Source: an uncultured Pelagibacteraceae bacterium (GTDB lineage Bacteria > Pseudomonadota > Alphaproteobacteria > Pelagibacterales > AG-422-B15). Taken from it: 64,000 bases of DNA. Below are positions 39,363-50,473 of this stretch, piece after piece. The notes beneath the pieces were generated by a model. The model worked only from the letters and a program-made list of their open reading frames with translations. It was not told where the DNA came from and ran no database searches. The translations under genes were made by a program, and so were the position numbers. The stretch is from contig CACHYW010000001.1 in NCBI GenBank assembly GCA_902584215.1, forward strand, positions 26,065-90,064. The letters are read 5' to 3'. The stretch's first letter is position 1, and each line of letters opens with the position of its first letter.

Positions 39363-40205
39363 ATGATTTTTATTTATGGACATGGTTATACTTCGCAACA
39401 TTTGTGTAAGCTGCTAACCAGTAGTAAGATAATTGCAACTTCTAGAAATTGTGAAGAAAAAAAATCAATCAATGACAATGTTGAACTTATTTTGCCAAGT
39501 GAATCTAACTTAATAATAGAGAAATATGGAGACAACATTACTCATCTACTGATATCAGCCCCACCCATCGATAATGGAGATCTCTTTTTATATAATTTCA
39601 ATAAGGATCTAAAATCTCTTAAAAATTTAAAGTGGGTAGGGTATTTATCATCTACAAGTGTGTATGGAGATCATAAGGGTGAATTTGTAAATGAGAATTC
39701 TGAACTTCTTACTAAGTCTGTAAGAGGCATCAACAGAAAACTTGCAGAAGATCAATGGATTGATATTTCAAGTAAAAATAATCTTCCTCTTCATATATTT
39801 AGGATTGCTGGCATATATGGACCAAAAAGAAACATTATAGATAGGATGAGTTCAGGAAATTTTATTAATATAATTAAAGATAATCATTTTTTTTCGAGAA
39901 TTTATATTGATGACTTGGTAAATATAATTAATGCCTCAATGAATAAACCAAATCCTATTAGTATTTATAATGTAGCTGATGATCTACCGTCATCTTTAAA
40001 TGATGTTATTCGATATATATCTGAGAAAACAGGACTGAGAATTGATCGAGAGGTACAATACTCTGAATTAAGTGAAGATAAAAAAAATGAAAGTTTCTTC
40101 AGTGAAAATAAAAAAGTTAATAATAAACTAATAAAGAAGGAATTAGGCGTAATATTAAAGTACCCAACATATATTGAAGGTTATAATAAACTTATAAATT
40201 GTTGA
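39363..40205 (+). CDS. NAD-dependent epimerase/dehydratase-like (SDR family) protein
   Basis: 280 aa. Degenerate N-terminal Rossmann motif (IYGHGYTS) and an extended-SDR-like YGxxK region (AGIYGPKR). Confidence 0.55.
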   Translation: MIFIYGHGYTSQHLCKLLTSSKIIATSRNCEEKKSINDNVELILPSESNLIIEKYGDNITHLLISAPPIDNGDLFLYNFNKDLKSLKNLKWVGYLSSTSVYGDHKGEFVNENSELLTKSVRGINRKLAEDQWIDISSKNNLPLHIFRIAGIYGPKRNIIDRMSSGNFINIIKDNHFFSRIYIDDLVNIINASMNKPNPISIYNVADDLPSSLNDVIRYISEKTGLRIDREVQYSELSEDKKNESFFSENKKVNNKLIKKELGVILKYPTYIEGYNKLINC

Positions 40206-40209
40206 TTTC

Positions 40210-41100
40210 TTAAATTCCAGAATTTGTTTCAACCTGTAAACGGCTTATTGCAATACCAACCACGACTAAAATAACCCCAATTAATAGTGAAAATTTCAAA
40301 GGCTCATTCATCAACACCCACCCGTAAAATATCCCAAAAACAGGTATTAAATAAGCAACTTGCATCATGAATGTAGTTCCAGCCGAGCGAATTAAAACTT
40401 GCCTTAAGCTAAAAGCTAAACCAGTGGGAATAATTCCTAAATAAATCACTGCAGTTATTGCTGCAGTGTTTACTTCATAACTCATGGGCTGTGCATAAAT
40501 GAACATAAACGGAATAAGCCATATACTTCCCCACGCTAGCGTATTCATTGTTACCATATCAGATGGCAAGTCCGAGACTTTTCTGATAATTAAATTTGAT
40601 ACAACATATGAACAACCTGCAAGATATATAGCAAGAGCACCAATAAAACTTGACATATCTGTAACAAAAACCTGCACACCTACAGCAAATACGACTCCTG
40701 AAAAGCCTATAATCGTTCCAATTGTTTTTCTCAAATTGAGTTTTTCATCTTCAGTAAAGTAGTGTGCGAGTACAAGAGCTAAGAAAGGATTAGCGGACAT
40801 GATTATCACTCCAATATTACTTGGCAGCGACATAAGTCCATATGGAATTAATGTAAATGGTACTGCTGCATTAAATAATCCTATGATTGCATAAGTAAAT
40901 GAATTTTTTTGAAAAAGTTCTAATTTTCCTGAACGAAAAAGAACAGCCAATAATAATATTAAAGCACCAATAAACGTTCTAAAAAAACCAACTTCAATTG
41001 GGTTGAACATTAAATTACAAAATTTTATTGCAACAAATGATGCGCCCCATACAGCACCAAGAAAGATTAGAAGAAAATAATTATTTAGTGTGGAATTCAC
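40210..41100 (-). CDS. EamA/DMT-family transporter
   Basis: 296 aa with about 10 TM segments in two EamA-type repeats. Confidence 0.8.
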   Translation of the reverse strand: MNSTLNNYFLLIFLGAVWGASFVAIKFCNLMFNPIEVGFFRTFIGALILLLAVLFRSGKLELFQKNSFTYAIIGLFNAAVPFTLIPYGLMSLPSNIGVIIMSANPFLALVLAHYFTEDEKLNLRKTIGTIIGFSGVVFAVGVQVFVTDMSSFIGALAIYLAGCSYVVSNLIIRKVSDLPSDMVTMNTLAWGSIWLIPFMFIYAQPMSYEVNTAAITAVIYLGIIPTGLAFSLRQVLIRSAGTTFMMQVAYLIPVFGIFYGWVLMNEPLKFSLLIGVILVVVGIAISRLQVETNSGI

Positions 41101-41846
41101 AGAGCTAACTCTGTGATTGTTTGGAATAATATTTTTAGATCCTGATCTCTAGACAAACTATGATCACCATCTTCAATTATTTTCAATTGTTTATCTTCAC
41201 TTTCTATCTTATTAATAATTTTTTCAGAAGTCTCAAAACTTACAACTTGGTCTAGTCGCCCATGAAGCAATCTAATAGGACACTTTATTTTAATTGGCCC
41301 GTGTAATATCATATTCTTCTTGCCGTCTTCTAAGAATTTATATGTTATCGTATAATCTTCTGAATATTTGTCCCAATTGATAATGATTTTTCCATCTTTT
41401 TTAATTTGAGTTTTTTGTTCATCACTCAATCTATTCCACTCTCCAACTACAAAGTCAGGAGCTGATGCGATACCTATTAATCCATTGATCGTTGAGGGAT
41501 TTCTCTTAGCTACTATTAAAGAAATCCAACCCCCCATACTTGACCCAATAATTATATTAATCTTTGATTTACATAAATTGAAAATTTCATGAGCTTCCTC
41601 TGACCACTTGCTTATACCTCCATCTTCAAACTCACCTGCTGACGATCCATGACCTGAATAATCGAATCTTACGAAATTTAAATTATTCGTTTTACACCAT
41701 GCACTTAAAGCAGTTGCTTTTGTTCCAGTCATCGTAGAGCTATAGCCTCCAAAAAAAAATATCGAGATCTCTGATTTCTGATTCTCATGCAAATATGCAA
41801 TTTGATCGTTTAGAGATGATACATGATATTTTATATTATTGAGCAT
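41097..41846 (-). CDS. alpha/beta-fold hydrolase
   Basis: 249 aa. Nucleophile elbow GSSMGG and a C-terminal DGDHS catalytic His context. Confidence 0.75.
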   Translation of the reverse strand: MLNNIKYHVSSLNDQIAYLHENQKSEISIFFFGGYSSTMTGTKATALSAWCKTNNLNFVRFDYSGHGSSAGEFEDGGISKWSEEAHEIFNLCKSKINIIIGSSMGGWISLIVAKRNPSTINGLIGIASAPDFVVGEWNRLSDEQKTQIKKDGKIIINWDKYSEDYTITYKFLEDGKKNMILHGPIKIKCPIRLLHGRLDQVVSFETSEKIINKIESEDKQLKIIEDGDHSLSRDQDLKILFQTITELAL

Positions 41847-41886
41847 AATGATTTACTATTAAGCATTTAACTATTAGAAATACTAT

Positions 41887-43026
41887 ATGCAATCAAAAAT
41901 TTGTGTATTGCAAGTTATACCTAATCTTGACGTAAGTGGGGCTTCACAAGGTTGTGTAGATGTTGCAAATTATTTGACAGAAAAAAATTATAATTCCTAC
42001 ATTGCAACAAATTCAGGACAAAATATAAAAAAAGTTAATGAACATAAAACTAAAGTCATAAAAGTTCCCGTACATTCAAAGAACCCTTTAATCATAATTT
42101 TGAATGTCTTTAGGCTTGCAAGAATTATAAAATTGTTTGGTATAAATATTCTTCATGTACGAAGTAGGGCGCCTGCATGGAGTTCGTATTTTGCTTGTTT
42201 AATGACACGCACTAAATATGTTTCTACTTTTCATGGAACCTATAATGTTAATAATGTTTTGAAAAAATATTATAATTCAGTCATGCTAATGACTGATGGC
42301 ACAATCGCGATTTCTGAATTTATATATAACGAGATCAAAACCAAATATCAAAAAATGCCAAAAGTAATTAAAATAATTCCAAGAGGTATTGACTTAGAAT
42401 TTTTCAATGTAGCATCTATAGATCAACAAATCAAAAATGACATTTTAACAGAGTTTAAAATAAATAAAGATGCTATCAAAATAATGTTGCCTGGGAGAAT
42501 GACAGAATGGAAAGGTCATTTACTATTACTAAAAGCGTTTGAGCAAGTAAGCCAACAAACTGATAAAAAACTTGAATTATTAATGGTAGGGCCTGACGAC
42601 AATAATTCACTTAAAAAAAGATTAACGACTTTTGTTCATGAAAAAGATATTGAAGGTAATGTACATTTTATCAGTACAAGAAATGATATTAATAACTTTT
42701 ACAGCATTGCAGATATAGTTGTCTCACCATCTACAGATCCCGAGGCTTTTGGTAGAATTTCTGTTGAAGCGCAAGCAATGGGCAAATTTGTTATAGCCTC
42801 TAATCATGGGGGTTCAACTGAAACTATTATTAATAATGAAACAGGTTACTTATTTAATAATGCCGATGAGATTGATTTATCTGCTAAAATATTAAAAGCA
42901 ATTAATGAAGATAAACACAGCTCAGAAACAGTTAGGCAAGCATGCATAACGAATGTTCAAAAAAATTATTCAGATAAAAAAATGTGTGACTCAACTTTAA
43001 ATTTTTATAATGAAATAATCGGATAA
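41887..43026 (+). CDS. glycosyltransferase family 4 (GT-B, group 1)
   Basis: 379 aa. C-terminal E(x7)E-type region (PEAFGRISVEAQAMGKFVIASNHGGSTE). Confidence 0.8.
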   Translation: MQSKICVLQVIPNLDVSGASQGCVDVANYLTEKNYNSYIATNSGQNIKKVNEHKTKVIKVPVHSKNPLIIILNVFRLARIIKLFGINILHVRSRAPAWSSYFACLMTRTKYVSTFHGTYNVNNVLKKYYNSVMLMTDGTIAISEFIYNEIKTKYQKMPKVIKIIPRGIDLEFFNVASIDQQIKNDILTEFKINKDAIKIMLPGRMTEWKGHLLLLKAFEQVSQQTDKKLELLMVGPDDNNSLKKRLTTFVHEKDIEGNVHFISTRNDINNFYSIADIVVSPSTDPEAFGRISVEAQAMGKFVIASNHGGSTETIINNETGYLFNNADEIDLSAKILKAINEDKHSSETVRQACITNVQKNYSDKKMCDSTLNFYNEIIG

Positions 43027-43953
43027 ATGACCAACAAAATTTTAGTGATAAAACACGGATCATTTGGTGATATTATACAAATTAATGGTTGCCTGAGAGA
43101 TATACGAGAAAATTACATTGATAATGAAATTTATATTCTTACTACACCTGCGTTCAGATCTTATTTTGAAAGATGTCCCTACATTGATAAAGTTATAGTT
43201 GATGAAAGAAAATCTAGGTGGAATATTTTTTATTTACTAAAGATTAAAGATGTAATTGTAAACTTAAAATTTCAAAAAATATTTGACTTACAAAATTCAC
43301 GTAGAACAGAGTTCTATAGAAAATATTTATCGAATTCGATTGAATGGATTTCTTCAAGAACAATATTAAATCCAAATGAAAGAAAAGAAGAGTTTGATAA
43401 AAAAAGTATACTTGAGAGATTTAACATTCAATTATCAAGGGCTAATGTGAATGTACAATTTACACATAAACCTCAAGTTACATGGATGATTGATCAAGAA
43501 TTTGCTATACCCTCATCAATAAAGAAAAATTATATTATACTTTTTCCATTTTGTTCCATTAAGCATCGTCAGAAACTATGGCCTCATTACCATGATTTAA
43601 TTACTAAATTAAAAATAAAATATCCAGACATCGATATCATTATTGTTCCAGGGCCAGGAGAATATGAAAAAGCAAGAAATTATGATGTCAAAATATTAAT
43701 GAATAACAAAGAACATACAAATTTCTTTCAATTATCGAAGATATTGGCTGGCTCAAAATATGTAATCTCAAACGATACTGGACCTGCACACCTTGCGGCC
43801 CATTTGGGTTGTAAAGGCTTAGCTATATTTGGAAGCCACACATCTCCTGAGAAAGTAAGCATTCATACAGATAATTTTCACAGTATTTCCAGTAAAAATT
43901 TTCATGAACTCACTCCTGAAATGGTCATTGAGAAAATAGATTCTCATTTGTAG
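43027..43953 (+). CDS. glycosyltransferase family 9 (heptosyltransferase-like)
   Basis: 308 aa. ILVIKHGSFGDII start and a C-terminal NDTGPAHLAA motif. Confidence 0.75.
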   Translation: MTNKILVIKHGSFGDIIQINGCLRDIRENYIDNEIYILTTPAFRSYFERCPYIDKVIVDERKSRWNIFYLLKIKDVIVNLKFQKIFDLQNSRRTEFYRKYLSNSIEWISSRTILNPNERKEEFDKKSILERFNIQLSRANVNVQFTHKPQVTWMIDQEFAIPSSIKKNYIILFPFCSIKHRQKLWPHYHDLITKLKIKYPDIDIIIVPGPGEYEKARNYDVKILMNNKEHTNFFQLSKILAGSKYVISNDTGPAHLAAHLGCKGLAIFGSHTSPEKVSIHTDNFHSISSKNFHELTPEMVIEKIDSHL

Positions 43954-43971
43954 ATAGATGATATAATAGTT

Positions 43972-45720
43972 ATGTCCTTTATGGAAAATGAAGAAAAATT
44001 TATAGACACATTACGTCACGATACGGCCCATGTTCTTGCCATGGCTGTTCAAGAGTTATTCCCTGAAACACAAGTCACTATTGGACCTGTTATTGAGAAT
44101 GGGTTCTACTATGACTTTGACCGCAAAGACCCTTTTACTGATAAAGACCTTAGTGTCATCGAAAAGAAGATGAAAGAAATTGTGAATAGAGATGTGAAGA
44201 CGTCCTTTAAAGTAATGAAAAGAGAAGATGCAATTAAATTATTTTTAGACAAGGGTGAAAAATATAAAGTTGAAATTATCAAAGATTTGCCTGAAAGTGA
44301 AGAGTTAAAAGTATACTACCATGGTGATTGGTTTGATTTATGTAAAGGTCCACACTTAGAATCGACTGGAAAGATTGGTAAGGCTTTTAAACTAACAAAA
44401 GTCGCAGGAGCATATTGGAGAGGTGACTCTAATAATCCAATGCTGCAAAGAATATATGGCACGGCATGGGAAACTGAAGAAGAATTAAAAAACTACTTAA
44501 TACTTTTAGAGGAAGCTGAAAAAAGAGATCATAGAAAACTTGGTAAGCAACTTGATTTGTTTCATTTTCAAGAAGAAGCTCCTGGGTCTGTTTTCTGGCA
44601 TGCAAAAGGATGGACCTTATTCAGAACATTGATCGATTACATGAGACATCGCCAAGAGGAAGCTGGTTATGAAGAGATTAATACTCCTGATATTATGGAC
44701 AAATCTCTATGGGAACTTTCAGGACATTTAGAAAAATTTGGTGACAACATGTTCACCACTGAAGCAAGGGAAGATAGAGTTTATGCTTTAAAGCCAATGA
44801 ATTGTCCAGGATGTGTTCAAGTATATAAGCAGGGATTGAAAAGTTACCGAGATTTGCCATTAAGAGTTGCAGAATTTGGTAAAGTGCACAGATATGAGCC
44901 ATCTGGCGCACTGCATGGATTGATGCGAGTTAGAGCATTTACTCAGGATGATGCGCATATATTTTGTACAGAGGATCAAATTACTGAAGAAAGTAAAAAA
45001 GTTTGTGATCTTGTCCTCAGTATTTATAAGGATTTTGGATTTGATAAAGTTTCAATTAAATTTTCTGATAGACCTGAGAAAAGAGTTGGCAGCGATGCAA
45101 TATGGGACAAATCCGAAGAAGCTCTTCGACATGCCATGGAAGCTACAGGATTAGAATATTCATTGAATCCAGGTGAAGGAGCTTTTTACGGCCCAAAGCT
45201 TGAATTCATCCTTAAAGACGCAATAGGTCGTGAGTGGCAATGTGGTACTTTGCAAGTTGATTTAAACATGCCTGAAAGATTAGGAGGACATTTTATTGCA
45301 GAGGATGGACAAAAATATAATCCAGTAATGCTACACAGAGCACTCTTCGGGTCTTTAGAACGTTTTACAGGAATTTTAATTGAACATTATGCTGGCGTGC
45401 TACCACTATGGCTTTCACCAGTACAAGCAATAGTATCACCAATAACTTCTGATATAAATGAATACGGTGAAGAAGTTTATGAAAGTTTAAAAAATGCAGG
45501 AATCAGGGTTGAAAAAGATCTACGTAATGAAAAGATTAGTTATAAAATTAGAGAAAATTCACTTAAAAAAATTCCATTTCAATTAATTCTTGGAAAGAAA
45601 GAAATTGAGGAACGTTCTATAACAATGAGAGCATTTGGAAGCGATAAGCAAGAAAAAATAAAGTTTGAAAATTTAAATGATTTTTTTATAAAAAAATGTA
45701 TGATGCCTTCACAACAATAG
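43972..45720 (+). CDS. thrS: threonine--tRNA ligase (lacks the N-terminal TGS domain)
   Basis: 582 aa. The editing domain is present (RHDTAH, CKGPH), as are the class II core (FRGF-like [13 protein letters not shown]) and the anticodon domain. It begins at the position equivalent to about residue 60 of E. coli ThrRS. Confidence 0.95.
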   Translation: MSFMENEEKFIDTLRHDTAHVLAMAVQELFPETQVTIGPVIENGFYYDFDRKDPFTDKDLSVIEKKMKEIVNRDVKTSFKVMKREDAIKLFLDKGEKYKVEIIKDLPESEELKVYYHGDWFDLCKGPHLESTGKIGKAFKLTKVAGAYWRGDSNNPMLQRIYGTAWETEEELKNYLILLEEAEKRDHRKLGKQLDLFHFQEEAPGSVFWHAKGWTLFRTLIDYMRHRQEEAGYEEINTPDIMDKSLWELSGHLEKFGDNMFTTEAREDRVYALKPMNCPGCVQVYKQGLKSYRDLPLRVAEFGKVHRYEPSGALHGLMRVRAFTQDDAHIFCTEDQITEESKKVCDLVLSIYKDFGFDKVSIKFSDRPEKRVGSDAIWDKSEEALRHAMEATGLEYSLNPGEGAFYGPKLEFILKDAIGREWQCGTLQVDLNMPERLGGHFIAEDGQKYNPVMLHRALFGSLERFTGILIEHYAGVLPLWLSPVQAIVSPITSDINEYGEEVYESLKNAGIRVEKDLRNEKISYKIRENSLKKIPFQLILGKKEIEERSITMRAFGSDKQEKIKFENLNDFFIKKCMMPSQQ

Positions 45721-45729
45721 ATATAGGAG

Positions 45730-46284
45730 ATTAAAATAGCACTGCAAAAGAAAAATAATAGATATAATCAATCTACTAAAGGCCCAAAATTCCGAATTAA
45801 CGAATTCATAACCACTTCCACAGTAAGACTAATTGATGAAAAAGGTAACAACCTAGGAGTTGTTAATACCGAAGAAGCTGTTAAGAAAGCTGTTGAGGTA
45901 GGCTTAGATCTTGTAGAAGTATCCCCACAAGTTGACCCGCCGGTATGCAAAATTTTAGACTTTGGAAAATTTAAATATGAGGCGCAAAAAAAAGCTAGTA
46001 CTTCAAAGAAAAAACAAAAAGAAGTCACAATAAAAGAAATAAAAATGCGTCCAGGAATAGACGTTCACGATTATGATTTTAAAGTAAGAGCTGCACAAAA
46101 GTTTATTACTGCTGGAGACAAAGTAAAATTTACCATCAGGTTTAAAGGGCGTGAGTTTGAGCATCATGATATTGCCGAGAATTTAATGGAAAGAATAAGG
46201 GAGACAATGGGATCAACCAGTAAAATTGAGCAAGAACCCAAATTAGAAGGCAGGCAATTTACTATGATTTTCACTCCTAACTAG
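45730..46284 (+). CDS. infC: translation initiation factor IF-3 with a non-ATG start
   Basis: The track only shows the C-terminal 79 aa from ATG 46045. The same frame is open back to the TAG at 45724-45726 and encodes the IF3 N-domain and linker (KFRINEFITTSTVRLIDEKGN...PPVCKILDFGKFKYE...KEIKMRPG). Candidate starts are ATT 45730, ATA 45736 and CTG 45742, after the SD AGGAG (45725-45729). Confidence 0.85.
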   Translation: MKIALQKKNNRYNQSTKGPKFRINEFITTSTVRLIDEKGNNLGVVNTEEAVKKAVEVGLDLVEVSPQVDPPVCKILDFGKFKYEAQKKASTSKKKQKEVTIKEIKMRPGIDVHDYDFKVRAAQKFITAGDKVKFTIRFKGREFEHHDIAENLMERIRETMGSTSKIEQEPKLEGRQFTMIFTPN

Positions 46285-46363
46285 GCTATTTTTTCATATT
46301 CTTTTCAATTATAAAAACCTTTGATTTTTTCCTATCCAGGAGATATAACCCTGCTCATTCATT

Positions 46364-46561
46364 ATGACAAAACTCAAAACAAAAAAGGGTGCTAATAAAA
46401 GGTTCAGAGTTACTGCATCTGGTAAAGTTAAATCTTATCAAAGTGGGAAAAAGCACGGTATGATTAAAAGGACTAATAAGCAGATAAGAAATCAGAGAGG
46501 GTCAACTATTTTGTCTGATCAAGATGCCCGCATTGTTAAAAAGTTTTTACCGTACGCATAG
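46364..46561 (+). CDS. rpmI: 50S ribosomal protein L35
   Basis: 65 aa, basic, starting [14 protein letters not shown]. Confidence 0.95.
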   Translation: MTKLKTKKGANKRFRVTASGKVKSYQSGKKHGMIKRTNKQIRNQRGSTILSDQDARIVKKFLPYA

Positions 46562-46574
46562 ATAGGTTATTTTT

Positions 46575-46931
46575 ATGGCAAGAGTTAAAGGAGGAGTTAC
46601 TGCACACGCAAGACACAAGAAGGTGATCAAGCAAGCGAAAGGTTACAGAGGTCGAAGAAAAAACACCTTTAAAGTAGCAAAGCAGGCAGTTGAAAAATCT
46701 CTACAATATGCATATCGTGATCGCCGAGCTAAAAAGAGAGACTTTAGGTCTTTATGGACTCAAAGAATAAATGCAGGAGCAAGAGAGTACGGTATATCAT
46801 ACTCAGTGTTTATAAGTGGATTAAAAAAATTGAATATCTCACTCGATAGAAAGATCCTAGCTGATTTAGCTATGAATGAACCATCGTCGTTTAAGCATTT
46901 AGCCGAACAAGTTCAATCTACCACTAAATAA
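46575..46931 (+). CDS. rplT: 50S ribosomal protein L20
   Basis: 118 aa, MARVKGGV...AHARHKK...YAYRDRR. Confidence 0.95.
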   Translation: MARVKGGVTAHARHKKVIKQAKGYRGRRKNTFKVAKQAVEKSLQYAYRDRRAKKRDFRSLWTQRINAGAREYGISYSVFISGLKKLNISLDRKILADLAMNEPSSFKHLAEQVQSTTK

Positions 46932-47002
46932 CTAGCTTATTAGCTTTTACATAAATATATTCTTATTACAGAAAAAACTAAATCTGATATTGTTGTATTG
47001 TT

Positions 47003-48073
47003 ATGGTTGATTTTGCAAAACTAGGGCAAGAAATTAAGTATTCTTTATCTAAAGTTACAGATTTAGAAAGTTTGAGTGAATGCCGTATAAAATATCTTGG
47101 TAAAAAAGGAAAGATCTCTCTTTTAATGAAGGAGCTCGCTAACCTCTCAGGCGAAGATAGAAAAAAACAAGCTGAAATACTAAATACTCTTAAAAATCAA
47201 ACATTGAGTCTTATAGAAGACAAGACAGAGGAATTAAACGATAAGAATTTAAATGAAAAATTATCCTCTGAGACACTCGATGTAACATTACCAGTATCAA
47301 GTTCTTTGGGATCAATTCACCCTATAACTCAAGTCATTGAGGAAGTAGTCACAATATTTGGTGACTTAGATTTTTATGTTGCAGAGGGGCCAGAAGTCGA
47401 AACGGACTATAATAATTTCACTGCGCTAAATACATCAGAACATCATCCGGCAAGGCAAATGCATGATACATTTTATGTAGAAACGCAAACAGACAATATG
47501 CAGAATGTATTAAGAACACATACATCACCTGTACAAATCAGGAGCATGCTTGAGCATAAACCTCCTATTAGACTGATTGCTCCTGGGAAAACATTTAGGT
47601 GCGATAATGACCAAACACATTCTCCAATGTTTCATCAAGTTGAGGGATTAGTAATCGATCAAGAAAGCAATATGAGTCATCTCAAGGGATGTCTTGAAAT
47701 ATTTCTTAAAACTTTTTTTGAAACAGATAAAGTTAAAATGAGATTTCGACCAAGTCATTTTCCATTCACAGAACCGTCAGCAGAAGTTGATATAGGTTAT
47801 ACAAAAAAAGGAAATCAATTAGTTATTGGTGAAGGCGATGACTGGCTAGAAATATTAGGCTGTGGGATGGTGCACCCAAAAGTTCTACAAAATGTAAATA
47901 TTGATCCAAGTAGTTTTCAAGGGTATGCCTTTGGCATGGGCATAGAACGCCTGGCAATGCTTAAGTACGGCATAAGTGATTTAAGAACTTTTTTTGAGTG
48001 CGATTTAAGATGGAATAAGCATTATGGCTTTTCTCCACTGAACTTTCCTTCTCTCATCAGGGACTTAAGCTAA
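47003..48073 (+). CDS. pheS: phenylalanine--tRNA ligase alpha subunit
   Basis: 356 aa. Class II motifs (HPARQMHDTFY; FRCD; GFAFGMGIERLAM). Confidence 0.95.
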   Translation: MVDFAKLGQEIKYSLSKVTDLESLSECRIKYLGKKGKISLLMKELANLSGEDRKKQAEILNTLKNQTLSLIEDKTEELNDKNLNEKLSSETLDVTLPVSSSLGSIHPITQVIEEVVTIFGDLDFYVAEGPEVETDYNNFTALNTSEHHPARQMHDTFYVETQTDNMQNVLRTHTSPVQIRSMLEHKPPIRLIAPGKTFRCDNDQTHSPMFHQVEGLVIDQESNMSHLKGCLEIFLKTFFETDKVKMRFRPSHFPFTEPSAEVDIGYTKKGNQLVIGEGDDWLEILGCGMVHPKVLQNVNIDPSSFQGYAFGMGIERLAMLKYGISDLRTFFECDLRWNKHYGFSPLNFPSLIRDLS

Positions 48074-50460
48074 TGAAGTTCACTTACTCATGGCTAAAAG
48101 AGCATCTAGAAACAGAGCATCAATTTAACGAAGTAGTTGATAAATTAACGGCAATTGGATTGGAGGTAGAGAGTGTTCAAGATACAGGCCTAGCCTATAG
48201 AGACTTTATTGTTGGCCAGGTTTTGGAAGAAGAAAAACACCCTAATGCAGATAAACTAAAATTATGCAAAGTAGATATCGGTAGAGAAAAAGTTGATGTA
48301 GTATGCGGAGCTCCCAATGTTACAAAAGGGATGAAAGTTGTATATGCACCTGTTGGATCCGTCATTCCTGTAAATCAAATGAAAATAAAAGCAGCCAAGA
48401 TTCGTGGCGTTGAGTCTTATGGAATGATGTGTTCAGAGTATGAGCTTGGAATTTCAAATGAGCACGACGGTATTATCAGTTTAGAGCAAGATAAAGAGGT
48501 TGGCAGCTCATTTGCAGACTCGTCCGGAATGAATGATATTTTAATTGAAATAGGTATTACTCCCAACCGTCAAGACTGTTTGGGTGTTCTTGGTGTTGCA
48601 CGGGATTTAGCCGCAGCAGGTGTTGGGAAGTTAAAGAATCGAGAGTTCAAGACAGAAAAAGGTTCGTTCGAGTCCCCAATTAAAATTGAAATACAAGATA
48701 ATGATATATGTCCAGCATTCGCAGGAAGCTATATTAAAAATGTAAAAAATGTAGCAAGTCCTGACTGGCTACAGAAAAAATTAAAGTCAATTGGCTTAAG
48801 GCCTATTTCCGCTTTAGTCGATATTACAAATTATGTAATGTTTGACCAAAATAGACCATTGCATGTCTACGATGCTGATAAAGTTAAAGGGAAAATTATA
48901 GTTCGATCAGCTCAAGACGGTGAAAGCTTTAAAGCTTTAGATGAAAAGACCTATGATTTAAAAAAGGGTATGTGCACAATTACAGATGAAGAAAAGGTTT
49001 TAGGTCTGGGAGGCATTATGGGCGGTGAAAGCACGGGGTGTAATTTTGATACAATTAATGTCCTTTTAGAGTCTGCACTTTTTGATAACGTAAACACAGC
49101 AAGAACAGGGAGAGATTTATCAATATTGAGCGATGCAAGATACAGATTTGAAAGAGGAATTGACCCAAGGTCAACTTTAGAGGGGATTCACTATGCAACT
49201 CAACTAATACTTGAAATATGCGGAGGTGAATGTAGTGAAATTGTATTAGCCGGACAAATATCTGAAACTCTAAATACAATTCATATTTCAGGAAAAAATA
49301 TAGTTAAAAGATTGGGATTAGAGATCACAGATGATGAAATTATTTTAATTTTGAATTCTTTAGGCTTTGGAGCAAAGAAAAGTGGTGAGGGTATTCACTG
49401 TACAATTCCATCATGGCGGCAGGACATCCACGGAGAAGCAGATATAAGTGAGGAAATTATTCGTATCAAAGGGTATGAAAATATTCCAACTTCAAATATT
49501 AGAGCTATCAGTAAGGTCAACAAAGATATACTAAATAGTACTCAAAAAATTATTTCAAAGGCAAAGCATTTCATAGCGTCAGAGGGATATAATGAATTTA
49601 TTACATTCTCTTTTTCAGATTCTAAGAAAAGTATTTTTTTTGGCGAAGTTGAAAAATTAAAAATAATCAATCCGATTTCTGAGGATTTAGATATACTAAG
49701 ACCTAGCCTTATTCCTAACTTATTAGCATCAATTAAAAAAAATACAGCACGTGGAATTGATTCTTTGTCTATTTTTGAAGCTGGCAGTCAGTACAGTTCA
49801 ACCACTCCTGAAGATCAAATAAATTCAATATGTGGTGTGAAATATGGCTTAAGCAATAGTAAGACTTGGAGAAGTGAAAAAAAAGAATTTGATATTTTTG
49901 ATGTTAAAAATGATTTATTAAACGTTGTAAATTATTTAGTACCAGGAAATAAAAAAATTTCAATCTCTGATGAAGCCCCTTCATGGTATCATCCAGGACG
50001 TTCAGGCAAGATTATCCTAAACAAGAAAATAGAGATTGGTTACTTTGGCGAATTACATCCAAGAATTGCAAATAAATTTAAAATAAAAACAAGAGTAAAC
50101 TTATTTGAGTTAATAATCGATAATGTTCCCTTGACCGAAAAGAAGACCACGAATAAACCACAACTAATTCTAAGTGATTTTCAAAGTGTAACGAGAGATT
50201 TTGCGTTTATACTTGATAAGGATATTAAAAGTAGTGATTTAATCAAAGCGGCATTAAATGTTGATACAAAAATAATAAAGAGTGCAGAAATATTTGACTT
50301 ATTTGAGGACAAAAGTTTGGGAGAAGATAAAAAATCAATGGCAATCAAGGTTGTTTTGCAGTCTGAAGAAAAGACATTAGATGAAAATGATATTAATAGC
50401 TTGAGTTCAAAAATAGTTGAGGCTATTGAAAAATCTACTTCTGGAACTGTTCGATCCTAA
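48073..50460 (+). CDS. pheT: phenylalanine--tRNA ligase beta subunit
   Basis: 795 aa. N-terminal tRNA-binding domain ([10 protein letters not shown]), B3/4, B5 and a C-terminal FDX-ACB domain. The start overlaps the pheS stop. Confidence 0.95.
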   Translation: MKFTYSWLKEHLETEHQFNEVVDKLTAIGLEVESVQDTGLAYRDFIVGQVLEEEKHPNADKLKLCKVDIGREKVDVVCGAPNVTKGMKVVYAPVGSVIPVNQMKIKAAKIRGVESYGMMCSEYELGISNEHDGIISLEQDKEVGSSFADSSGMNDILIEIGITPNRQDCLGVLGVARDLAAAGVGKLKNREFKTEKGSFESPIKIEIQDNDICPAFAGSYIKNVKNVASPDWLQKKLKSIGLRPISALVDITNYVMFDQNRPLHVYDADKVKGKIIVRSAQDGESFKALDEKTYDLKKGMCTITDEEKVLGLGGIMGGESTGCNFDTINVLLESALFDNVNTARTGRDLSILSDARYRFERGIDPRSTLEGIHYATQLILEICGGECSEIVLAGQISETLNTIHISGKNIVKRLGLEITDDEIILILNSLGFGAKKSGEGIHCTIPSWRQDIHGEADISEEIIRIKGYENIPTSNIRAISKVNKDILNSTQKIISKAKHFIASEGYNEFITFSFSDSKKSIFFGEVEKLKIINPISEDLDILRPSLIPNLLASIKKNTARGIDSLSIFEAGSQYSSTTPEDQINSICGVKYGLSNSKTWRSEKKEFDIFDVKNDLLNVVNYLVPGNKKISISDEAPSWYHPGRSGKIILNKKIEIGYFGELHPRIANKFKIKTRVNLFELIIDNVPLTEKKTTNKPQLILSDFQSVTRDFAFILDKDIKSSDLIKAALNVDTKIIKSAEIFDLFEDKSLGEDKKSMAIKVVLQSEEKTLDENDINSLSSKIVEAIEKSTSGTVRS

Positions 50461-50473
50461 AATTTTATATTCT

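Noticed and set aside
45768-46028. An 86-aa minus-strand ORF from the ORF track.
   Set aside because: It is a shadow ORF antisense to the conserved N-terminal half of infC. The plus-strand frame encodes recognisable IF3 sequence.
46932-47002. A possible pheST leader-peptide attenuator, as in E. coli.
   Set aside because: There is no Phe-rich mini-ORF and no convincing terminator/antiterminator hairpins in the 71-nt gap. The only structure is a weak AGCT-tatt-AGCT stem.
50417-50473. Longer N-terminal extensions suggested by the ORF track for lepA (50417) and for the FYDLN protein (26557).
   Set aside because: The extensions overlap the upstream gene or intergenic A/T-rich sequence and add non-conserved residues. 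The conserved protein N-termini start at ATG 50474 and ATG 26626.
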